The notes beneath the pieces are model-generated. The model was not told the DNA's origin. It searched no databases and saw nothing but the letters and a program-made list of their open reading frames with translations. This document shows positions 40,933 to 49,200 of a stretch of 64,000 nt of DNA, in pieces. The stretch is from Desulfurococcaceae archaeon (GTDB taxonomy: Archaea; Thermoproteota; Thermoprotei_A; Sulfolobales; Desulfurococcaceae): NCBI GenBank assembly GCA_038888155.1, contig JAWAJB010000001.1, positions 224,001-288,000 of the forward strand, written 5' to 3'. Position 1 is the first letter of the stretch; each line of letters starts with the position of its first letter. The position numbers and the translations under genes are program-made.

Positions 40933-42241
40933 CTCTAACCACATCCCTGTACTTCGATATCGCGTAAGCTCGGACGAGCCTCTCGAGGTTGTGTTCACCG
41001 TATAAGGCTATAAGGCAGGTAGAGGCGCCCTTGGACTTCAAGTAAATGCAACCACCATAGCAGATTGGGGCGTATTTGCAGCTCTTAGTGCACTCGGGGT
41101 CATTTATTATTGGCGCCATTCTCTCAGGGGATATAGACGCTAGCCCATTGCCTAGAATTCTGCCCAGCGGCTTATCGTACATGTATGCTGGGCACATGTA
41201 TATATTCAACTTCTCGTCTACGGCGTAGCCGTTGCTGAACTTGCATATACACGGCCCCTTGATAAAGACCTTTGAGATCCTAAATCCCCTGCCTACAGCG
41301 TACTCTAGCGCTTCAACTATTCCCCTTGAGATATTCGAGTAGTACTCGCGGTAATTACTTGAGGCCTTAAACGGCCTATAAGCACTCGCTTGATCTGGGT
41401 GCACGGGAGAGAGGTCTATGCCCCAAACCTTGCTCTGGATCCCGAGGCTCGAGAGGAGATCTATGAGCTCAAAGGACCTCTCAACGTTGAACTCGTCGAC
41501 GTTTACTCGAATGCCTATGCGCTTGCCGTGTTTATCTATGAATTTAAGGGTGTTCTCTAGCACTATGTCAAATGTCCCCGTTCGATCTTTGAAGGGCCTC
41601 CTAGAGTTGTGTACATCACGCGGTCCATCAATAGTTACCTGAACGCTGTCAACGCTGTTGACAACTTCTTCAACTTCACCATCGAGAACTGTGGCATTAG
41701 TAATAAGGTCGACTTCTTTCCTGATGCCGTATTCCAAGACTAATTCGTCTATCTCTTTTGTGACTCTCTTGGCAATAGCAGGATTAAGTAGAGGCTCGCC
41801 GCCGTAAAGGGCTAAGGCCAGCATTTCGCTGCCGCTGTTGATTTTCCTCTCTAGGAACCCCCTCACTATTTCCCACTCCTTGGCGCTCATGTCATACCCC
41901 TCTACGTTGGGTCTGTAGGACTCGTAGCAGTACACGCACGCTAGGTTGCACCTATTGGTTAGCGACAGGAACATTGAGACTACTTTGCTTGAAAACCTAA
42001 CCTCTCTAGTTAGGCGAGAGTAGTGCTCCTCTTCGCTGAAGTCGTCGTCAATTAAAATTCGCTGGGACTTAAGCTGTGCAAAGACTTCAGAATCCGCTTC
42101 AAGCCTCTTCAACTCGCCAGAGCGAAGGGCTGAGCTTACATCTCTATCTACCAACAACAGAGTGCCGTAAAGGGAATTATAAACAAGATCGAAGTCTTGG
42201 GAGTACGGAAAAAACATGTTGAACTTTGATAGCTTGGTCAC
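40922..42241 (-). CDS. Radical SAM/SPASM peptide maturase
   Basis: CNLACVYC, YGGEP, IDGP..VHN.RR; SPASM Cys motifs (GPC...C...C..C...C..GC...C); N-terminal SKFN...YNS domain. Confidence 0.9.
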   Translation of the reverse strand: MTKLSKFNMFFPYSQDFDLVYNSLYGTLLLVDRDVSSALRSGELKRLEADSEVFAQLKSQRILIDDDFSEEEHYSRLTREVRFSSKVVSMFLSLTNRCNLACVYCYESYRPNVEGYDMSAKEWEIVRGFLERKINSGSEMLALALYGGEPLLNPAIAKRVTKEIDELVLEYGIRKEVDLITNATVLDGEVEEVVNSVDSVQVTIDGPRDVHNSRRPFKDRTGTFDIVLENTLKFIDKHGKRIGIRVNVDEFNVERSFELIDLLSSLGIQSKVWGIDLSPVHPDQASAYRPFKASSNYREYYSNISRGIVEALEYAVGRGFRISKVFIKGPCICKFSNGYAVDEKLNIYMCPAYMYDKPLGRILGNGLASISPERMAPIINDPECTKSCKYAPICYGGCIYLKSKGASTCLIALYGEHNLERLVRAYAISKYRDVVRDVQ

Positions 42242-42263
42242 TCACGGCACCTGCTTTGTAATA

Positions 42264-42383
42264 TTAGTTTGGAAGTATATAGTAACCCGTGCATACGAGC
42301 CTGCAGAAAGGACCGCAGAAATTCGACTCCCTCGCGTTAGTCATTCCCCTTTCTAGAACTATGACTTTGGGCTTGGACTTCAT
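42264..42383 (-). CDS. Putative RiPP precursor peptide MKSKPKVIVLERGMTNARESNFCGPFCRLVCTGYYILPN
   Basis: Translated by hand, 39 aa; ends 22 nt upstream of the rSAM/SPASM gene; CxxxCxxxC core; TATA-like element upstream. Confidence 0.8.
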   Translation of the reverse strand: MKSKPKVIVLERGMTNARESNFCGPFCRLVCTGYYILPN

Positions 42384-42515
42384 AATGTCGACCGATTAGA
42401 ATAATAGAAATTTTGAGATTTTTAAGTTTTTCGTATTTTTCCGAATAAGCAAATAATCAAAAATAAGCGCTTAGCTATTTTAGAACCTGCTGTATGATTA
42501 ATTATAGGGTAAACT

Positions 42516-43073
42516 ATGAGCAGCGATCCAATAACTGAGTGCAGCAAGAAAATATACATTGGGACATACGGAGCTGTCACTAAGGAGCTCGCAATATTAG
42601 AGAGCTCTACGAGGAAAGCTATTATTTACCAGCTGGCCGTTAATGGCCCTATGACAATCAAGGAGCTGTCAGATTCGCTGGGGCTCTCGCCATCCACTGT
42701 CTACGACCACATCAGGAAATTAAAGGAAGCTGGCTACATAGAGGAGGCGTCAGAGCACCCAAAGAAGTTCAAGGTCGAAGTTTACTACAGGCTCTCAATA
42801 CCGTATATGTTCTTCAGCGAGATAAGCTCGCTTGAGCCGCATTTATCGCCTCAACTTGAGAAGCTCAAAGGGGCAATCCGCAATACTCTCAGCAACATAG
42901 AGTCCACGCTAAAGGAGTCGCGCCTCAAGTGCGTTGAGTACTTACCCCAAAACTTAAAGGAGAGCTTCATTCACCGCCTATCTCTTGTTCTAATGACTCA
43001 GGCATTCGCCATGATACTGGGAGAGCTTACGGGCGAAACTTTCGTGTACGCGCTTATAGAGGATAGAAAATAA
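42516..43073 (+). CDS. ArsR-family transcriptional regulator
   Basis: STRKAI...L...PMTIKELS..LGLSPSTVYDHIRKL..AG HTH; divergent from the precursor. Confidence 0.85.
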   Translation: MSSDPITECSKKIYIGTYGAVTKELAILESSTRKAIIYQLAVNGPMTIKELSDSLGLSPSTVYDHIRKLKEAGYIEEASEHPKKFKVEVYYRLSIPYMFFSEISSLEPHLSPQLEKLKGAIRNTLSNIESTLKESRLKCVEYLPQNLKESFIHRLSLVLMTQAFAMILGELTGETFVYALIEDRK

Positions 43074-43089
43074 AATAGCTCTAGCTGCT

Positions 43090-44145
43090 TCAAGCAATAT
43101 CTCTCTTCAAGGCCCAGCTCGCATCTCGCGGATTGAGCCTCTTGACGTTGCCCGCTACCAAGCCGTGAGCAATAAGCGGTAACGCTATTGTTGCGTCTAC
43201 GTGAACTGTTCTCTTCTTCGCTACTGGCGAAACCTTTCCCCAGCTGACAGCCTCCTCAAGTGTAGCTCCGCTCAACCCTCCCCACTGAGGCATATCTGTT
43301 GTGAACTGGACTATGTACTCGAAGCCCTTGTAGTAGTCTAGCTTGCCTTCCTCGATCTCGGCTATGAGCGTAAGGGCTACAGTCATTAAGTTGACGTAGT
43401 CCTTTGGTACCCCTCCGCCAACGTATATTGCAGAAATCTTACCGGCGCCCCTGCCGATTTCAACTAGTTGGTGGAAATCCTTAACCATGTCTAGCACTAT
43501 TCTCTTTTTCTTCTTGAGGCCAGTTACTAGGGCTATGCCGTAGGCGCTGTCCACTATCGCGGGAGAGAAAACTGGCACTCTTGCCCTATACGCTGCAGCA
43601 ACTATGCTGTCTATGTTCTTCTCGTTGAGGTACTTCCCAAACTCGTGCAGGAACTCAGCTGTAGAGTACACGGCGTTATCCGGTAGCGTCTCGATAAACT
43701 CCCTTATCAAGGACTCCATTTTCCTGTAGTCGAGCTCGCTTGCTACAGTGTCGTAGAATCTATCGTACTTGAGCTTGAGCAACATGGAGTCATCGACGCA
43801 GGGGTTTACCTTGTAGTACTTGAAGCCCATTGCCTCGAAAATGTCCTCGCTTATGATAGCGCCCGTTGACACTACAACGTCTACATACCTCTGCTCTACG
43901 AGCCACTTAATGACCTTCCAGACGCCCGCTGTGCTCATGGAGCCAGCTAAGCCCATGAAGATCGTGTTATCGGGATCCCTGAACATGTCCAATAAAACGC
44001 GGTAGGCTTCACCGAGCGACCTGCCCTGAAAGGAAATATCTGACATGTCTAGGAGCAACTCGTGTATGTTCCTCTCCTTAACGTCAATTGATTTAACTAA
44101 GCCGTATGCAAAATCAGGTATGGAGTCGTCCACTGACTTCACCAC
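43090..44145 (-). CDS. dys: Deoxyhypusine synthase
   Basis: GGGVPKD, GGLSGATLEEAVSWGK, DATIALPL. Confidence 0.93.
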   Translation of the reverse strand: MVKSVDDSIPDFAYGLVKSIDVKERNIHELLLDMSDISFQGRSLGEAYRVLLDMFRDPDNTIFMGLAGSMSTAGVWKVIKWLVEQRYVDVVVSTGAIISEDIFEAMGFKYYKVNPCVDDSMLLKLKYDRFYDTVASELDYRKMESLIREFIETLPDNAVYSTAEFLHEFGKYLNEKNIDSIVAAAYRARVPVFSPAIVDSAYGIALVTGLKKKKRIVLDMVKDFHQLVEIGRGAGKISAIYVGGGVPKDYVNLMTVALTLIAEIEEGKLDYYKGFEYIVQFTTDMPQWGGLSGATLEEAVSWGKVSPVAKKRTVHVDATIALPLIAHGLVAGNVKRLNPRDASWALKRDIA

Positions 44146-44354
44146 AGGTTACTCTAATTTAACTTAGAATTTTAAATATTGCGTGAGGACACCTGCAACT
44201 AATTTGGCGATCGAGGTGTATGGCGCCTGCTTGGCGCAGTTGACTGCAGTCAATTATAAGTGGAAAACCAATAATATAGAGAGATACTTAAGTGTATAAA
44301 TGTGCTGTCGGCTGTAGTCAAATGAGCAGTTTATTGACGGGCGAGGATTGAACA

Positions 44355-45365
44355 ATGGGCTCAGGCAGTTCAGTTAAAGCTGTTGGAGAGGCCCTGCTTG
44401 TAGCTGGATACGGCGGACACGCTGGATACGCTTACGCGGTTGCCCACGAGCTGCGCAAAGCTGGCCTTACAGAGAGCGTTATACTTGTAGCTGAAAATTA
44501 CGGGTACCTCGTTGAGAAGTTCAAGGACTTAGGCAGAGTACACACTCTAGTGCTGCCGAGGAAGCCGGGAGAGCCGCTTTACGCGGGCCTAAGCAGGTGG
44601 GCAAAGGCTCTCTACCACTCAATTAAGTTGGCTGTAAAGTACCCAGTTAAAGTAGTCTTTGCGAGCGGCTCGAACTTCTCAATACCCCCCTCTATTGCCT
44701 CGAAGGCAGTGCGGGGGGCGAGCATATACACGCTAGAGGCAATAGAGCACTTCACAAAGCCCTCGCGATCAATAAAGGTTCTCGAAGGGGTAAAAGCCCG
44801 CGTTTTCCTGCACTGGGAGGAGCAACTTGAGATCTTCCCTAAGGGGGTAGTAGTTGGGCCTGTTTACGAGCCGCCCCTGTACACACCTTGCGACAGCGGC
44901 TACGTCTTAGTCACTACTGGCACGTTAGGGTTTAAGGAGCTGTTCAATTCCGTTGAAGAGCTAAAATTGGAGAAAGTTGTAGTGCAGACTGGCGACGTTG
45001 ACCCAGAACCATACATTAAGAGGAATCCCTCGTGGGTTGCTTTCAGGTACACAAGCGATATACACAAGTGGATAGCGGGAGCAAGCGTAGTTGTAGCGCA
45101 GCAGGGCTTGACGGCTTCAATAGCTACTCTAGCGTACGGCAAGCCCACTGTAATAGCCTGGAATCCAAGAGTAGTTCTAGGGGCTCCGAGGCTGGACGTT
45201 AAATTGTACGCAGAGAAAATAGGGGCGTTTTTCCTGGAAGAGCCTAGGCCAGATCAGCTGAGGAAGGCAATTGAACATGCTAGCAAACCGAGGAGAGAGT
45301 ACCCCAGTGGAGCGGCTGCAATTGCAGAGACAATGCTGAAATCCCTAGGCTCGATAAATAGGTGA
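44355..45365 (+). CDS. GT-B glycosyltransferase (MurG/Alg14-Alg13-like)
   Basis: GYGGHAG, VTTGT, VVQTG motifs. Confidence 0.75.
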   Translation: MGSGSSVKAVGEALLVAGYGGHAGYAYAVAHELRKAGLTESVILVAENYGYLVEKFKDLGRVHTLVLPRKPGEPLYAGLSRWAKALYHSIKLAVKYPVKVVFASGSNFSIPPSIASKAVRGASIYTLEAIEHFTKPSRSIKVLEGVKARVFLHWEEQLEIFPKGVVVGPVYEPPLYTPCDSGYVLVTTGTLGFKELFNSVEELKLEKVVVQTGDVDPEPYIKRNPSWVAFRYTSDIHKWIAGASVVVAQQGLTASIATLAYGKPTVIAWNPRVVLGAPRLDVKLYAEKIGAFFLEEPRPDQLRKAIEHASKPRREYPSGAAAIAETMLKSLGSINR

Positions 45366-45532
45366 AATAGAGCAGGGAATTAGGGCTTCCGAGAGCATAG
45401 TGTGGCGAGGAATTTAACTTCTTCTCCCCTGGAGAGAGCTGCTGTCGAGGTAGAAATAAAGGGGTGCTCCCCACAATGGTGAGGGAAAAAAGCTCGCTGT
45501 TGGGGGAATTCTTCTCCCTCTTCAACCAATTC

Positions 45533-46018
45533 TCACTTTCTCTCGGCGAGGTGCTCGTCGAGCTCTAGCAACCCAGCCGCGCTGTCCTTAACAAGCTCTA
45601 CTTTAGAGAGCAGGTCCATTGCCAGCTTTTCTTCTTCTACTTGCTCGTTTACAAACCAATGGAGAAATGCCTCTGTGGCTTTATCGCCGTGTTTTCTTGC
45701 TAAGTCAACTAAATCCCATATTCTCTGAGTGTTGGCTACCTCTGCGCTGTAGAAATCCTTGGCGGCCTCCAAGGTGCTTTTCCACTCCTTTTTCAACACT
45801 GGGACATCGTAGAGATCAACCCGCTGGCCTCTACTAACGATGTACTCGTAGATTTTGAGGGCATGCCCTATCTCTTCCTTGGCCTGCACCTTGAAGAAGT
45901 GCGAAAAGCCGCTTAGAGCTGTGCCGTCGAAGTATGCTGACATAGCGAAGTATAGGTACGCGTTCTGTAGCTCTTGATTTAACTGCTTGTTTAGTGCGCT
46001 CAGTAATTCGCTGTTCAA
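45533..46018 (-). CDS. ftn: Ferritin
   Basis: QLNQE...Y, EE..HA, WFVNEQVEEE ferroxidase residues. Confidence 0.93.
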   Translation of the reverse strand: MNSELLSALNKQLNQELQNAYLYFAMSAYFDGTALSGFSHFFKVQAKEEIGHALKIYEYIVSRGQRVDLYDVPVLKKEWKSTLEAAKDFYSAEVANTQRIWDLVDLARKHGDKATEAFLHWFVNEQVEEEKLAMDLLSKVELVKDSAAGLLELDEHLAERK

Positions 46019-46397
46019 GGGCGACCACCGACTGCAACTATGTAAAACTTAGGTAATTAACTTAACAAATCCCTCTGCAGGCTAGAGCACGTAGATTTGT
46101 GTGGGTTTGTTGGAGAGCTGAAAACTGCCTGCCCCGAGCGCCTGAAGGGCCTAGCTCAACGATGAATCTAAGGGCAAATGGCTAGGAAGAACGCACGGGC
46201 AAAAATGCACGTAATGGCCCACTGGCTTTGACCGCACTTGGTGGAAGGAGGCATATTTTCATTTGGGGGATAGCCGCTTGAGCCCGCCTGCCTAAGTCCC
46301 AATGGGGGGTGTTGATCTAGGTTGCTTAAATTAGAGAGATGGGAGAAACAGATATCGTTATTAAGGTGCTAAGCGAAAATCTCAACTCGGTGTTACA

Positions 46398-47606
46398 TTG
46401 AAGAATTTCACACCTGCGTTAATAATACTGGCGCTAGTTCTCCTCTCGCTGGGTGTAGCCCCAGCGCAGGCCTACAACAGCTCAACTGTCCGCGTTGTTA
46501 TAGGCATTAAGAACGAGCTGGACTACAACCAAGCGCTAAAGGCGCTCTCGGCCCTCGGTGCATTAAGCGCGGAGATCCCCGAGATAAGGGCAGTAGTGGC
46601 AGATGTTCCTGCTACGGCATTATATCATGTAGCTAAGTTGCCGTTCGTTAGATACGTTGAAGAGGATAAACCAGTTAAAGCCCTTGGAGAAGTTCAGTGG
46701 AATATTGAAGCAGTGAATGCAACTGATGTTTGGGGAGAGTACTATTTAATTTATGGGGACGCCGCACATGGAGCTGGCGTTCAAGTCGCTGTTGTAGACA
46801 CTGGCATTGACTACGCTCACAAAGACCTCCAGGGGTCTGTCGCGTACTGCATAGTTTCGCTGAGAAACAGCAAGACGTACTACAGGGGCACAAACCTGAA
46901 GAACTGCGCTGATCCCAACGGGCATGGAACGCACGTAGCTGGAATAATTGCCGCGAGGCTGAACAGCATTGGAGTTGTCGGCGTAGCTCCAAAGACTAGC
47001 TTGTACGCTGTTAGAGTTCTAGACGCATCTGGCTCGGGGTACGTGAGCGACGTGGCTAAGGGAATTGTAGAGGCCGCAAAGGGACCAGATAACGTGGTTG
47101 GCACAGAGGACGATGCAGATGTAATATCCATGTCGCTCGGTGGTCCAGCTTCACAAATTCTACAGGATGCAGTTAAGTACGCGTATGAAAGCGGGGCTGT
47201 TTTAGTGGCTGCTGCAGGAAACGAGGGAGCTCCCAACCCAAGCTACCCAGCCAACTACCCAGAGGTAATAGCTGTTGGCGCCGTAGACTCGAACTACACT
47301 CTAGCTTCTTGGAGCAACAGGTACCCCGACGTAGTTGCCCCAGGCGTAAAAATATACAGCACATACAAGAACGGAGGATATCGCTCCCTCAGCGGCACCT
47401 CTATGGCTTGCCCGCACGTGTCTGGGGCAGTAGCCCTCGTTCAGGCGCTGAGAGTAGCTGCTGGGCTATCTAAGTTGACGCCCGAGGACGTAAGCGAGCT
47501 AATTAAGAGCACGGCAATTGACTTAGGCGAAGAGGGCTACGATGAAATGTACGGTAGCGGGCTCATTGATGCATACGCGGCTGTTGCTGCATCGCTACAA
47601 AAGTGA
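46398..47606 (+). CDS. Secreted subtilisin-like S8 protease
   Basis: Signal peptide, I9 propeptide, DTG, HGTHVAG, GTSMACPH. Confidence 0.95.
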   Translation: MKNFTPALIILALVLLSLGVAPAQAYNSSTVRVVIGIKNELDYNQALKALSALGALSAEIPEIRAVVADVPATALYHVAKLPFVRYVEEDKPVKALGEVQWNIEAVNATDVWGEYYLIYGDAAHGAGVQVAVVDTGIDYAHKDLQGSVAYCIVSLRNSKTYYRGTNLKNCADPNGHGTHVAGIIAARLNSIGVVGVAPKTSLYAVRVLDASGSGYVSDVAKGIVEAAKGPDNVVGTEDDADVISMSLGGPASQILQDAVKYAYESGAVLVAAAGNEGAPNPSYPANYPEVIAVGAVDSNYTLASWSNRYPDVVAPGVKIYSTYKNGGYRSLSGTSMACPHVSGAVALVQALRVAAGLSKLTPEDVSELIKSTAIDLGEEGYDEMYGSGLIDAYAAVAASLQK

Positions 47607-47867
47607 AGGAGTTCACAGCGCTAAATGGGCTTCAGACTGAAAATTAAGACCTGGTTTTTACTCCCTTATTATCCCGCTTAGGGTCTCGCAACTTAATGGA
47701 GCTCTGTCCTGCGAGCCCCTGTAGACATTTTTGCGCTTTTGCGAGTTTTAAAGAAATGTTTAAATATTGTGTAGGCGCGTTTCCACAACTCTCTACAAAT
47801 AAATTAGGGGAAAAGTTTCGCTTAAGTCGCAGGCATAAATTGCCCCAGCAAGAATGCGGTGATTTGA

Positions 47868-48032
47868 GTGAGCGTATGCGATCAAGCGCACGCAATGGTT
47901 CTGCTGAGCTACGTGCAGAGGAGGATATCTAAGAACTGCAGGGATAGGGGAGTTGAGTGCGCCCTCGAGGAAATTGAAAAAATTAAGGCCTCAATCGAGG
48001 AAATACTCATAGAGGAGTTCCGGAACCTATGA
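47868..48032 (+). CDS. Small helical hypothetical protein (54 aa, not in ORF track)
   Basis: GGTGA RBS, GTG start; MSVCDQAHAMVLLSYVQRRISKNCRDRGVECALEEIEKIKASIEEILIEEFRNL. Confidence 0.55.
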   Translation: MSVCDQAHAMVLLSYVQRRISKNCRDRGVECALEEIEKIKASIEEILIEEFRNL

Positions 48033-48266
48033 GAAGCACGTGAGCAAGCACTCGCCCCTCTCTGTTTTTGCACACACTTTTTTAACAAAGGGAGCTTTAA
48101 CCGCCTTAACTTCCACAAGCCCTAGCTCCTCTAAGGCGCTTATGTAGTCGCTTATAGTGGCTACTCTTATTCTCAGCTTCTCGGCAATGTCGCTTATTGA
48201 GGACTCGCCGTCGCACGCCTTTAGCACTTCTAGCATTCTCTTAAACGCTTCAACGTTTCTCTGCAT
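48027..48266 (-). CDS. Winged-HTH DNA-binding protein
   Basis: SISDIAEKL....ATISDYI..LEELGLV, TERG. Confidence 0.8.
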   Translation of the reverse strand: MQRNVEAFKRMLEVLKACDGESSISDIAEKLRIRVATISDYISALEELGLVEVKAVKAPFVKKVCAKTERGECLLTCFS

Positions 48267-48328
48267 AAACGCTCCACCATTATTACATAAGTGCATATAT
48301 ATTAATACCATATTTTGACTATTTTATG

Positions 48329-48350
48329 ACTTTACGTATTAACGTAAAGT
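48329..48350. promoter_or_regulatory. Perfect inverted repeat ACTTTACGT-N4-ACGTAAAGT
   Basis: Lies in the AT-rich divergent promoter region between the wHTH and TFB-like genes. Confidence 0.6.
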
Positions 48351-48503
48351 TTAAAAACCGTGTTTATGACAATATATAAATGGTGTTGAATGTGGAGGAC
48401 AGGGCGGAAGGAGAGACCGGGACTCTAGGCGAGCCGGCAACGGTGCGCTCCCAGCAAGATCTGGCATCTCGAGGGGCAGGGAGACCTCCTCGAGGCGAGC
48501 GAA

Positions 48504-49046
48504 GTGAAGGAGCGCAAGCTAGTATATGATTACGCGGAGGGCTACGTCATAGACGCTGAAACTGGCGAAGTTGTTGAGAGGATTTACGACTGCTCTCCGC
48601 CCAAGATAGCGCGGGCGGGCGCACTTGAAAGAAGAGGTAAGAGGGCTAGGAAGCCAAAGGCGAAGTTGCGAAGGCTTGTAGAGCGGTACAGGGAGCTGGC
48701 AAACTACGAAGCGCGCGGATACTTAGTTGACTACGAGAAGGTGTTCAGCGAAAGGATGATAAAATCGCTGAAGCACGAGAGGAGCGCTAAGGCGGAGAGA
48801 TTCTTTGCCGAGAAAGGGCTACTGGACAAGCTCGCGAGTATAGTTGAGGAGCTCGACGCGAGGGGTTTAACGAGCGGGATGACGCTCCGAGGGAGGTTGG
48901 TATTAGCTTACGCGCTTTATTCGCTATCCCGCGGCGAAGTCCCAAAATACAGTGAGCTCGGGGCAGTGATATCGGAGTCTACTTTTAGGAGGATCAAGAG
49001 CAGAGTGGAGAAGCTACATGGGTCGTGGAGGGCAGGCACTAAGTAG
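48504..49046 (+). CDS. Truncated TFB/TFIIB-like protein
   Basis: LVYDYAEGYVIDAETGEVVERIYD zinc-ribbon-like N-terminus; short cyclin/HTH-like C-terminus. Confidence 0.55.
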   Translation: MKERKLVYDYAEGYVIDAETGEVVERIYDCSPPKIARAGALERRGKRARKPKAKLRRLVERYRELANYEARGYLVDYEKVFSERMIKSLKHERSAKAERFFAEKGLLDKLASIVEELDARGLTSGMTLRGRLVLAYALYSLSRGEVPKYSELGAVISESTFRRIKSRVEKLHGSWRAGTK

Positions 49047-49200
49047 CCTTAATAATATTTTTCTCGTATCGCTTAACGCTAGATCTGTCAGTCCTAAAAT
49101 TTAGAAAAGCTGATGGAGAGACTTTTCCCGAGAAGCGCTGAAATAGCTATTCCTGGATCTATTGTGGAGACTAGCGCCCAAGTTAATAGGCGGAGCGCGC

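Noticed and set aside
45400-45530. Hairpins between the glycosyltransferase and ferritin genes
   Set aside because: Imperfect stems with no box motifs; adequately explained as terminators of convergent genes
46398-47606. S8 protease as the RiPP leader peptidase
   Set aside because: Separated from the cluster by unrelated housekeeping genes; looks like a generic secreted subtilisin
47610-47860. attL or dif site at the left edge of the island
   Set aside because: No tRNA-derived direct repeat or convincing Xer-type palindrome identified
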